NCBI GenBank assembly: GCA_050331735.1
Contig: JBHJGN010000079.1
Span: 1 to 58,425 of the forward strand
Origin: Cyanophyceae cyanobacterium
GTDB taxonomy: Bacteria > Cyanobacteriota > Cyanobacteriia > Cyanobacteriales > JBHJGN01
Direction: 5' to 3'
DNA: 58,425 nt
In this document: piece by piece, positions 19,865 to 28,701 of the stretch
Position numbering within the stretch: position 1 is the first letter of the stretch
How the letters are laid out: the number at the start of each line of letters is the position of its first letter
Notes under the pieces: generated by a model
Databases searched by the model: none
The model's input: the letters and a program-made list of their open reading frames with translations, nothing else
What the model was told of the DNA's origin: nothing
Position numbers and translations under genes: made by a program

Positions 19865-21787
19865 ATGGACATTTTAGAAACAGTTGGTTTTGACTTAGGT
19901 CACGGCGAAACAGCCGTGGCTAGGGCGATCGTCGAGAGCATTGACCCCCCAGAAATGCTCGAAATTAATCACAAAAAGAACCAGATTACCGCTTTGGGGT
20001 GGCATCCTCAACTCGGTTATTTGGTCGGAGAACAAGCGCTGATTCAGGCTGGCGTGACTCAGCTTGCCATTGCCTTTAAGCAGAAACCGAACCCCGATCC
20101 GGAATACCGAAAAACGATTACCACCTTTGTGACCACCTACTACAGGTCTTTGCAAGAAAGCCAACAAATCGCCGGGGGAGAAAGCAGCTATTTCTACGTC
20201 GGTTGTCCGTCAGGATGGACGGCCAGCGAACGAGAATCCTATTTAGCGCTTATTCAAACCACTGGCATTCCGCGACTCAATCTTGTGCCAGAATCCCGGG
20301 CGGCTTTTATGCAGGCCAAAGAAGCGGGGAAGCTAGAGTACGAAACCCTCAAATCCTCGGTACTGATTATCGATATCGGCTCCTCCACAACCGATTTTAC
20401 CGTGGTGAAAAACCTCCACGAAATCCCCCTCGATTTTGGCAGTAACGTTCTCGGAGCCTCTTTGATCGAGCAGGCAATTTTTGAGCGCACTCTCGCCCAA
20501 CACGAGCAAAGAACGCTGCTTGAAAAAGTGTTTGCAGACTACCCTCATCATCAGGCTCGTTGTCAGCTTGCCTGCCGCAGAGCTAAGGAAGATTATTTCT
20601 CTAACGAATTGCTTTACCAAGATCCTCAGTCAGTGGCGCGGGGGTTTGAATCGATTAACGAACAAATTTACTTCATCCCCAAAGTCAATCAGGCACTCAT
20701 GGAGGAAATCTTAGCTCAACCGCTGCCAAAACTCGGACACAAAAGCTGGAGCGAATCTTTTCGAGAAGCGGTGAAAGAGGCCAAAGACAAGCTCACTCAA
20801 CAAGGAATTGTGCCAACGCTGGTGCTGATGACGGGCGGTGCATCTCGGATGAAGTTTACCCGCCTTCTATGTCAAGAGATTTTTCCAGAACCCCAGACTC
20901 AGGTGCGTCTCGATCCTGAACCCGAACGCTGCATCGCGCTAGGATTAGCGCGAGTTGGACGCTGGGATCTGCGGGCTGCTGCTTTTAAGCAGGAAGTAGA
21001 GCAACTGTTTAGCTCAAACAAGATCAAAGCGATCGTTGAGGATCAGATCCCAAAATTAATTGAATCATTGCCTGAACCACTGGCACAAGAGTTAATTGAC
21101 TTTGCGGTTGCACCGGGAGTTAAAGACTGGCAAACCGCTCAAGTACGCACTCTCGCTGATTTAGAAGCGGCGATCAAGAATCGCGCCCAGCAGTGGTTAG
21201 AGAGCGATCGCTCTCAACAAACGATCGATCGTCAGTGTCTTGATTGGTTTAACCACAACATCCAGCCCGATTTAGCGGCCCAAACCGATCCGATCTGTCG
21301 TCAGTTTCAAATTCCTAGAAGCAGTTTGCGCTTTGAGGAAGGCATTGATTCGGCGGTGGTTAACCCAGAGCTACGCATTGGCGACGCTATTTTAGCCGAA
21401 ACGATCGCCTTTGTTGTTAATGTCATTATTGGTGGAGGCACTCTGGCGAGTTTGGTGACGCTGTTTCTCACGGGGCATTTGACCTGGCCCATTGCCCTCA
21501 TTTATGGCGCTTCGGTGATGGCGGCTGGCATGGAACTCAACCGCAAAAGCGTGAAAGAGACGATTAAAACCAATGTCGATGTTCCGGCCTGGATTCGTTC
21601 GAGCTTAATGAGCGACAAAAAGATTACAGAACTGGGTAATCAAATCAAACCAGAGTTAGAAAAGGTTCTTCAAGAGCAGTTAAAGGCCAATCAAGAAGCG
21701 TTTGAGCAACTAACTAACAAAGTTGAGCAAGGGCTGCAAACAGCCCTAACTAGTAAAGTTCAAGAAGCTGTCATTTTAATTCAGTAA
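19865..21787 (+). CDS. Atypical Hsp70-family ATPase with helical C-terminus and hydrophobic hairpin (start taken at ATG 19865)
   Basis: GFDLGHG, VGCPSGW, VPESRAA, IIDIGSSTTD and MTGGASRM match the Hsp70 nucleotide-binding domain motifs; no DnaK substrate-binding beta domain is visible. Confidence 0.85.
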   Translation: MDILETVGFDLGHGETAVARAIVESIDPPEMLEINHKKNQITALGWHPQLGYLVGEQALIQAGVTQLAIAFKQKPNPDPEYRKTITTFVTTYYRSLQESQQIAGGESSYFYVGCPSGWTASERESYLALIQTTGIPRLNLVPESRAAFMQAKEAGKLEYETLKSSVLIIDIGSSTTDFTVVKNLHEIPLDFGSNVLGASLIEQAIFERTLAQHEQRTLLEKVFADYPHHQARCQLACRRAKEDYFSNELLYQDPQSVARGFESINEQIYFIPKVNQALMEEILAQPLPKLGHKSWSESFREAVKEAKDKLTQQGIVPTLVLMTGGASRMKFTRLLCQEIFPEPQTQVRLDPEPERCIALGLARVGRWDLRAAAFKQEVEQLFSSNKIKAIVEDQIPKLIESLPEPLAQELIDFAVAPGVKDWQTAQVRTLADLEAAIKNRAQQWLESDRSQQTIDRQCLDWFNHNIQPDLAAQTDPICRQFQIPRSSLRFEEGIDSAVVNPELRIGDAILAETIAFVVNVIIGGGTLASLVTLFLTGHLTWPIALIYGASVMAAGMELNRKSVKETIKTNVDVPAWIRSSLMSDKKITELGNQIKPELEKVLQEQLKANQEAFEQLTNKVEQGLQTALTSKVQEAVILIQ

Positions 21788-22307
21788 CAGTTTTAATTTT
21801 GAGAGAAGAGAGGCAGGGGGCAGGAGGCTGAGAGAAAACACATCTGTAGCATTTTTTCTTCTATTTCAAATAATAATATCAAATTAGTTTAATTAGTTGC
21901 AAAAACTATTTCATCGCCATTCTTCTGTTTTCTTTTGCCCCTCCTGGTGCGTCTTGCATTCGCGCCCGCGACGGCGACGGGGCTTACAGGGTCTCGAACT
22001 CAATTCGAGACACAGCCCCTCAATTACGCACCGTCTGCCTTCTGCCTTACTCGCCGTAAATTATGGTTGTTTAACAGGATTTGATATAACGGCTGCCAGA
22101 CAAGGAATTGATCCTCCTCCAATTTCTATTGCTCCCTCGATAGCTGCAAAGGAGAAGTGTAAATAGTTACGTTTTATCAAAGTTCAACAATCCGTCAATA
22201 ACCGAGAATAAACATGAGCTATACTTAGACATATTTAAAATAAGTTCAATTTATAAACAAAAGCGTGAAAAGTAGGGACATTTGTCTTTACTGAAGGAGA
22301 CACAATC

Positions 22308-22541
22308 ATGACTCAGAAAAATGCTGCTCAAATGTATAAACAGGTAGAGCAAGCCCATGCTCAATTAGAAAGACAGAAGGCTAAAAGCGATCCAAAAGCT
22401 TTCATTCTGCTAGCTAAAGCTAGAGGCTATCACTTTTCGGTTGAAGATTTAGAAACTCAACTGAGCCAACTGTCAGATGAGGAAGTAGCCGGAATTTTTA
22501 ATCCGGGTATTGGAACCAGACGACATCTATTCCCAAGATAA
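22308..22541 (+). CDS. Nif11-like leader peptide family protein
   Basis: F..LAKARGYHFSVEDL...LSDEEVAGI pattern; AAGGAG RBS upstream. Confidence 0.75.
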   Translation: MTQKNAAQMYKQVEQAHAQLERQKAKSDPKAFILLAKARGYHFSVEDLETQLSQLSDEEVAGIFNPGIGTRRHLFPR

Positions 22542-22712
22542 ACGGGTGAGGGCGATCGCTGTTTGGGTAGTAAGCTCGTAGCGAAATTGGCTCTCAATCC
22601 CTTCCTTCCAGGCGGAAAACTAACAGGAGTGTCTTTTCCGCCTATCTCTCTTTTGTCAATTTTTGGGTTCAGGAAGTAATGGTCGCCTGAGCGTTTCTCG
22701 ACAAATATTTAT

Positions 22713-22757
22713 GCGCCAGTTGTTTTCCGCCGTGCGACGGCGGAAAATAACTGGCGC
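22713..22757. other. 21-bp-stem hairpin between convergent genes
   Basis: GCGCCAGTTGTTTTCCGCCGT-GCG-ACGGCGGAAAATAACTGGCGC (one G-U pair). Confidence 0.7.
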
Positions 22758-23055
22758 GAGAATCTGTAACTCTACATCCATTGCTCTCTTTGCCTTCTAG
22801 CAGTTCTATCTTTAAATTATGTTATCCTTATTCTCGGAGTCTGATAGAAGAGGCATAGAACTAAATACCACTCAAAAGCTAGAAATGCTGTCAAAAAACT
22901 CCAATATTGTCAACACTTACCATTTCTGTCTTTAACTTTCTTCTTGCCTTAGCTTCCATAAGCTAGTGCATCCTTTTCAAGAATTGCTGACCGGAAAGGG
23001 AGCGGTTTAAGTCGGTAAGAAATGAGCGACTACGGTAACGGGGATTTGAGGGGAA

Positions 23056-23883
23056 TTAACCAATAAACACCTCTAGCTTTGCGACAAGAGCAAGAGTTTT
23101 CTGAACGGCGATCGCATTGCCCTGCTGAGCAAAGTAGTGCAGCGCTACTTTTAAATCCCACAGTGCTGCTTGTTCCTCTCCAATGCGGTGATAGAGCCAT
23201 CCTCTACTGACGTAGGCTTCTGCCCGTTCAGCATCAAGCTGTAATACGCGCGTAAAATCGGCGACCGCCGCTGAATAGTTTCTTTGATGTTGATAGGCAC
23301 AGGCGCGATTCGTATAGGCTCGTTCGTTGCTGCTGTCTAGGCGAATGGCTCGACCGAAATCGGCGATCGCCTCAGATAACTCGTTGAGCATCAAGTCGCT
23401 TAATCCCCTATCATTATAGATTGCTGCCCGTTCTTCGGCGGTTGGCAGCAGGTCTAAGGCGCTGTCGTAGGCAGCGATCGCTCTTCCGTAATCAGACAGC
23501 GCATGATAGGCCAACCCCTGGTTGTAGTAAACTCGAAAATCCCTTGGCGCTTGCTCAATTGCCCGCTGATACTGAGCTAGTGCGGCGCGATAGTTGCCGA
23601 GGCGATAGTAAGCAAGCCCCCGATTTGTATAGGCTTCTGTTTGCCCAGGGTTAAAACCAATGGCGGCAGTGCAGTCTGCGATCGCTGCTTGCTCTTCCGA
23701 CCTCTGTAGATGCACCAGACAGCGCTGGCTATAAGTTGCCGCCGTTGGCATCGTGTCTTCTTTCGCACTCGCAGACGGATTAGACGGGCTGGGCGCTGCC
23801 AAAGCTGAGTAATCGCACCATAAAAATATAGCGCTCACCAGACTCAAGCAGATTAAACAGCAGATGAACCGCCTCATAGCCAT
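23056..23883 (-). CDS. Secreted tetratricopeptide-repeat protein
   Basis: Signal peptide MRRFICCLICL...ALA; repeated AY.NRG...A...Y/F..AI TPR units. Confidence 0.9.
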   Translation of the reverse strand: MAMRRFICCLICLSLVSAIFLWCDYSALAAPSPSNPSASAKEDTMPTAATYSQRCLVHLQRSEEQAAIADCTAAIGFNPGQTEAYTNRGLAYYRLGNYRAALAQYQRAIEQAPRDFRVYYNQGLAYHALSDYGRAIAAYDSALDLLPTAEERAAIYNDRGLSDLMLNELSEAIADFGRAIRLDSSNERAYTNRACAYQHQRNYSAAVADFTRVLQLDAERAEAYVSRGWLYHRIGEEQAALWDLKVALHYFAQQGNAIAVQKTLALVAKLEVFIG

Positions 23884-23972
23884 TGTAATTATTCCCAAAA
23901 TTCTTAATGACACAATTGCTTAGCACTACCAAGACAAGTTATTGTTCAAAGTATGGCCAGAAAAATGGCGAC

Positions 23973-23994
23973 TGTCAAAAGACAAGTTGTCAAA
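23973..23994 (-). promoter_or_regulatory. 22-bp element, copy 1 (GAC-N5-GTC box plus TTGACA -35), upstream of the TPR gene
   Basis: Minus strand TTTGACAACTTGTCTTTTGACA, then a 17-nt spacer and CATACT (23950-23955). Confidence 0.7.
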
Positions 23995-24113
23995 AATAAA
24001 CCGAGAACACGCTAACAGAGGTTCTCGGATCGAGATTGACTTTGAATTTGATAGTAATTGCTAACTGAGACAGAGCAATCTTTTAATTCTACTAACCTTT
24101 TAACTAAAAACTA

Positions 24114-24443
24114 CTACCATCCTTTGTCAGCTTGCGATAAAACGTAGGCTGCAACATTTTCGATTTGTTCGTCAGTCAAACGCCCTCTAAAAGACGGCAT
24201 GGCGTTTTTGCCATTGTAAATTTGCTGCTTGATATTCTCCATAGAATACATATCGTATTTCTCTAGAGCATCTTTTTTGAGAGTTTTAGCAGCATTTACC
24301 ACGTTCCGTCCTCCAGCATGGCAGGCAGCACAGTTAGCGCTAAAAACCTGAGCGCCGTTCCCCAGATCTTGTGCTAAAGCTGAACGGCAATTAATAACCG
24401 TGGCCGCAGCAATCAGCAACGCCAACATTATTAGTTTTTTCAT
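24114..24443 (-). CDS. petJ: Cytochrome c6
   Basis: Signal peptide, [12 protein letters not shown] haem motif, KTLKK.AL, GKNAMP.F.GRL, terminal GW. Confidence 0.96.
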   Translation of the reverse strand: MKKLIMLALLIAAATVINCRSALAQDLGNGAQVFSANCAACHAGGRNVVNAAKTLKKDALEKYDMYSMENIKQQIYNGKNAMPSFRGRLTDEQIENVAAYVLSQADKGW

Positions 24444-24501
24444 TTTTTCCTCTTGAGATAAACTTTGACTGGTTAATATCTTCAGAGGCGCAGTTTGCTT
24501 A

Positions 24502-24523
24502 TGTCAAAAGACAAGCTGTCAAA
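24502..24523 (-). promoter_or_regulatory. 22-bp element, copy 2, upstream of petJ
   Basis: Minus strand TTTGACAGCTTGTCTTTTGACA. Confidence 0.7.
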
Positions 24524-24650
24524 GATTATTGATAACGCTTTTTCTGAATTTATATTAGATAATTTCTAATAAAGACGAGGAGTGAGAATTGAATAGACTA
24601 CGCAGCAGATAGGCTCTCGTTTCTTTTGTTAGCTCATCCCTTGAAACTAA

Positions 24651-24980
24651 TTAGTGATGATGTTCTTCCATAGGCGGCATCGCACTTGGTTCAACCGATT
24701 CAGATGGTTCAGCCCCCAGTGGAATGCGAATGTTTCCCATTCCCATAGAGCCAATGCTCACAATTCCCATCGTTTGCAGTCCTGCCGCTACTGGTCCCAT
24801 CGCGACGAGTCCGGCAGAAAGAATGCCCATTGCTGTTCCTCCGATCGAAAGGATTCCCATCGGTACGGCTCCAATGGAAATCACCCCCATCGGGACAATA
24901 CCAATAGAAATCACTCCTAGGGGAGTAATGCCAATAGCAAATAGTTTTGGTTTGTGATTGTGAGAATGACGATCGCTCAT
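24651..24980 (-). CDS. Small glycine-pentad repeat protein with Met ladder and His-rich termini
   Basis: Fourteen xxxxG pentads, with Met in six alternate ones (IVPMG, AVPMG, GTAMG, LVAMG, LQTMG, SMGMG); termini HSHNH and MPPMEEHHH. Confidence 0.75.
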   Translation of the reverse strand: MSDRHSHNHKPKLFAIGITPLGVISIGIVPMGVISIGAVPMGILSIGGTAMGILSAGLVAMGPVAAGLQTMGIVSIGSMGMGNIRIPLGAEPSESVEPSAMPPMEEHHH

Positions 24981-25038
24981 CTAGCAATAGTTTCAGGTAG
25001 TTTTTGAGGAAACTATTGTGACAGGGAAAACCAATATC

Positions 25039-25060
25039 TGTCAAAAGACAAGCTGTCAAA
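25039..25060 (-). promoter_or_regulatory. 22-bp element, copy 3, upstream of the Met/His-rich gene
   Basis: Identical to copy 2; 18-nt spacer, then CACAAT (25015-25020). Confidence 0.7.
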
Positions 25061-25105
25061 CTTCTGCCACAGCAGCAATGGCACTGCTGGTCGTAACGTC
25101 TTCTC

Positions 25106-25819
25106 CTAAAGACTCACAGGCAAGCACTGCCAGAATTTGCAAATCTGTTGCCCGACTTTAGCTGGCTCAAGGGTATGGAAAAAGTGGTGCCCGTGAGGAC
25201 AGAGCCAGAGGCGATCGCTTTCCTTAAGATAAGATTGCCAGGATTGCAGAGCATTGCGATCAACAATGACATCATCTTCACCGCCACAGACCAATAACGG
25301 AACCGATACTCCCCCAGGCGGAATACTCACCTGTTGATAGAGCGAGTGGGGAGATGGAGAAGTTTCTAAATCTCGCTTCAGCAATTGCAGGAGAGCTTTT
25401 GTGCTCTGGTGTCCCTGGTAGCCAAACAGATTACGCACCATCTGCGTCATAATCACTTCGCGGCTACAGGGTAAAAGCTGGCGAAGGACGTAGTAGTGAG
25501 CCTGCCAATCAACAGCAGGATGGACTCCAACTCCCAGCAACGTTAGCGATTTTACTCTTTCTGGATACTGGCGAGTATAGAGAAGCCCTAGCAGACCACC
25601 GGTGCTGTGTCCTAGCAAATGAATGGGCTCAGAACACGATTTTAGGTAGTCGTGAAGCAATACGAGAGCAATATCAAGAGAACTGGCTTCGTCGCAGTTT
25701 TGCTGGTAATCCCACTCAGCCAGCAATAAGCGATGAGACAAGCGCCTGAGTAGCGGTTGATTAAAGCGTTTAAAGTGAGGATTCGTATTTAACCACAGCG
25801 CTTTTGGGTGACGAGACAT
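25106..25819 (-). CDS. Alpha/beta hydrolase
   Basis: HLLGHSTGG nucleophile elbow, GGEDD acid and GHHFFH histidine. Confidence 0.88.
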   Translation of the reverse strand: MSRHPKALWLNTNPHFKRFNQPLLRRLSHRLLLAEWDYQQNCDEASSLDIALVLLHDYLKSCSEPIHLLGHSTGGLLGLLYTRQYPERVKSLTLLGVGVHPAVDWQAHYYVLRQLLPCSREVIMTQMVRNLFGYQGHQSTKALLQLLKRDLETSPSPHSLYQQVSIPPGGVSVPLLVCGGEDDVIVDRNALQSWQSYLKESDRLWLCPHGHHFFHTLEPAKVGQQICKFWQCLPVSL

Positions 25820-26174
25820 AGTAATAAGAATTTTTGAACAATCAATTTACAGATGTGTATTTAGGAAAAAGGGAAAATGGTCTTTCCGGGACGGGGAAAG
25901 AGGAAGAGGCTGCCACTCTCTCTATTTTTTTAGCACTACCATTAAAAGCATTATTCGTGACTAGTCTAGATTCAGATGATTCAGCAGTAGAGAGGCGAAA
26001 ATAGCACCACTGACCTCGCCTACCAGAAACGAGCCAGCAAACTGACTCCACTCGTTTACTGTCTGAATCGACTGAGGTACTTTTGGCACCATCTTCGTAA
26101 ACCTTTCGCGAAAGGTTGTGTCCCGATAAGGGAGTCTTAGAAGACATTGTCATCAAAATATCCCTCTTTAAACA

Positions 26175-26193
26175 ATTGAGAATTCTGTTCAAT
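26175..26193. promoter_or_regulatory. Fur-box-like AT-rich imperfect palindrome
   Basis: ATTGAGAATTCTGTTCAAT in a divergent promoter region; a related GTGATAATAATATGCAAC lies at 26426-26443. Confidence 0.4.
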
Positions 26194-26470
26194 AACTTTT
26201 CAACTAGCGTACCGGATTTTCGAAATTAAAGAGAATGAATATGATTACAATTTGTAACTGACTCAGAAAAATGAACTAAACAGCGCTTTTTAGAAACTGG
26301 CACCATCTTCGCTTGACCGAGCTTCGATAGAAGCAGCCAGTCGGTTAACAACTGCACTGACTAGTAGACCATTAAAATTTTCAGGTTTCCCGAGGCAACT
26401 TTTTTCTAGATTTTTATCAAAGTAAGTGATAATAATATGCAACTACTTCTCCAGAACTCATTTCTTTAAG

Positions 26471-27112
26471 ATGCAGAAGTACTTACCCAAAAAAACGCAA
26501 CCGAAATTTACTGCTGATCCGTGGGCAGTCCGTGAGGAATCAAGAGTTTATACTTTTCACTGTCATGACACCATTTCCTTAAGATCCAATAGCTTCTGGT
26601 GGCTCAAACAAGGTGCCGTGAAGACCTTTACCTGGAGCGAAGCAGGAACCGTGACGGTATTGGGATACTGGGGAGCAGGAGACATCATTGGCCAAGCCCT
26701 CTCTAGCGCGGAACCGTACCAAATAATCTGCCTCACCGATGTAGAAGCCTTGTGTATTTCTCAAAGTTTTGCCGGAGCTTCCTGTGACCGTTTTAAGCCT
26801 GCTCAACATCAGTGGCCGATATTAGAGGCCGTTTACCGTTCTGTACAGCAGACCGAAAGGTTATTGTGTATCATGCGGACAGAGCGAATGTACCAGCGGC
26901 TGCTCAAAGTACTGGTTTGGTTAGCCCAGAAGTTTGGTTCCCCAGTCAAGCAGGGACAGCTTATTGAGCTACGACTGACTCATCAAGAACTGGCAGAATT
27001 AATCGGAACAACCAGGGTGACAGTAACGCGATTGCTCGGGCAGATGGAAAAAGAAGGCTTAATTGTGCGACCTCGCAGCTACTGCATTGTGCTGAGTGAG
27101 CAAGCAGAATAA
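26471..27112 (+). CDS. Crp/Fnr-family transcriptional regulator (IdiB-like context)
   Basis: GAVKTFTW...LGYWGAGD; HTH LTHQELAELIGTTRVTVTRLL. Confidence 0.92.
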   Translation: MQKYLPKKTQPKFTADPWAVREESRVYTFHCHDTISLRSNSFWWLKQGAVKTFTWSEAGTVTVLGYWGAGDIIGQALSSAEPYQIICLTDVEALCISQSFAGASCDRFKPAQHQWPILEAVYRSVQQTERLLCIMRTERMYQRLLKVLVWLAQKFGSPVKQGQLIELRLTHQELAELIGTTRVTVTRLLGQMEKEGLIVRPRSYCIVLSEQAE

Positions 27113-27425
27113 GGATTTTTGGCTGGCGACTTCATTGAGAAATTATGGTGCTAAAGCATTAATCTTAGCAATCGTTGTTGCTGGAACTCTTGATTGACTA
27201 GCCTTTCCTGGTTTTCAGGAAGAGCGTCACCCAGCAGAGCAGCAAAGCTAGACCAGTAAAGCTCTTGCGGATTAGTCATCTCCCGACCTGCTGTCGGTCG
27301 CTTTTTTTACACATATTAGTTGACAAACTGTAGCAGTTAACTAAAAATAATTTTTACGAATGCTGCTAAATCGGCGATCGCCTTTGGGTCATCGATGCAG
27401 TCAAACATCAGCAGGAGCAGATTTA

Positions 27426-28475
27426 ATGAAACTTTCTCGTCGTCTTTTTCTCGCCGGGAGTGCCGCCACAGCAGCGGTGGCGCTCGGTGAATGGGGCAAG
27501 CCTCGTCGCAGTTTTGCCCAGACAGGAGAGCTAAACCTTTATTCTTCACGGCACTACAATACCGACCAGGCCTTATATGACAACTTTACACAGCAGACCG
27601 GGGTACGGGTAAACCTAATCGAAGGAGAAGCAGATGGATTAATCGAGCGCATCAAGAGCGAGGGAGCCAACAGCCCCGCAGACGTATTGCTCACTGTCGA
27701 TGCGGGAAACCTTTGGCAGGCAGAACAGGACGGTATTTTCCAGTCGATTGAATCTGCCACGTTAGAAGAGCGCATTCCAGCAAACTTAAGAGATCCTCAA
27801 GGGCGCTGGTTCGGCTTCTCCCGACGGGCGCGCGTCATTATGTATAACAATGATCTGGTGAATCCGGCTCAGCTCTCGACCTATGAAGATCTGGCCAGTC
27901 CCCAATGGGAAGGCGAAATTCTGATTCGCTCGTCGAGCAACGTCTATAACCAGTCTTTAGTGGCTTCGATGATTGAGGTGTTGGGCGAACAGGAAACCAT
28001 CGAGTGGATGAACGGACTGATGGCCAATTTAGCCCGTCCGCCTGAAGGAAACGATACAGCGCAAATTCAAGCCTGTGCCGCTGGAGTTGGCAGTATTGCG
28101 ATCGCCAATAGCTACTACCTAGCGCGGTTGAAAACCTCGGACGCACCAGAAGATCAAGAAGTGGCCGAAAAGGTCGGGATTTTCTTTCCCAATCAGAACG
28201 GACGCGGTGCTCACGTCAATATTAGCGGCGGTGGAGTAGTAAGTACCTCTCCCAATCGAGATGCCGCCGTTCAGTTTTTAGAGTATTTATCAACTCCAGA
28301 AGCCCAGGAGTACTTTGCCGAAGGGAACAATGAATATCCCGTTGTCGAAGGAGTTCCGCTGTCGCCAGTACTACAGAGCTTTGGCTCTTTTACAGCCGAT
28401 ACCGTTAACGTTGCGACCTACGGAAGCAACCAGCAATTAGCCGTTCAGTTAATGGATCGAGTTGGCTGGGCCTAG
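27426..28475 (+). CDS. futA: Fe(III) ABC transporter substrate-binding protein (FutA/IdiA)
   Basis: Tat signal SRRLFL; LYSSRHY, SPADVLLTVDAG, SSNVYNQSL, ANSYY and HVNISG motifs. Confidence 0.93.
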   Translation: MKLSRRLFLAGSAATAAVALGEWGKPRRSFAQTGELNLYSSRHYNTDQALYDNFTQQTGVRVNLIEGEADGLIERIKSEGANSPADVLLTVDAGNLWQAEQDGIFQSIESATLEERIPANLRDPQGRWFGFSRRARVIMYNNDLVNPAQLSTYEDLASPQWEGEILIRSSSNVYNQSLVASMIEVLGEQETIEWMNGLMANLARPPEGNDTAQIQACAAGVGSIAIANSYYLARLKTSDAPEDQEVAEKVGIFFPNQNGRGAHVNISGGGVVSTSPNRDAAVQFLEYLSTPEAQEYFAEGNNEYPVVEGVPLSPVLQSFGSFTADTVNVATYGSNQQLAVQLMDRVGWA

Positions 28476-28576
28476 ACGGGGAAAGCTGTCCCTGGTGGGA
28501 CGGGGAAAGGGAAATTTGTCTCTGGCGGGACGGGGAAAGGAGAAAGGGAAATTTGTCCCTCCGGGACGGGTAAGGG
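28475..28576 (+). repeat. Tandem copies of a dispersed ~29-nt G-rich repeat (TTGTCC-Nn-GGACGGGGAAAG)
   Basis: Three units here; further copies at 25871-25900 and 48274-48359. Confidence 0.7.
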
Positions 28577-28701
28577 ACTAGGGAGCAAGGGGGCAGGGAG
28601 CAAGAGAATTTTCTCTCCTCTCCCTTTCCCCCTTACCCCTGCCCCTTTTCCCGTTGCGGAGCAACTCCTTCCCCTTTTCCCTGCGCCTGCGGCGCTTCCC
28701 C

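Noticed and set aside
23920..25941. CIRCE/HrcA operators (TTAGCACTACCA at 23920 and 25930)
   Set aside because: Only half-site-like, with no GAGTGCTAA partner at 9-nt spacing.
25842..26192. 116-aa minus-strand ORF
   Set aside because: No recognisable motif; it runs through a dispersed repeat and candidate regulatory sites.
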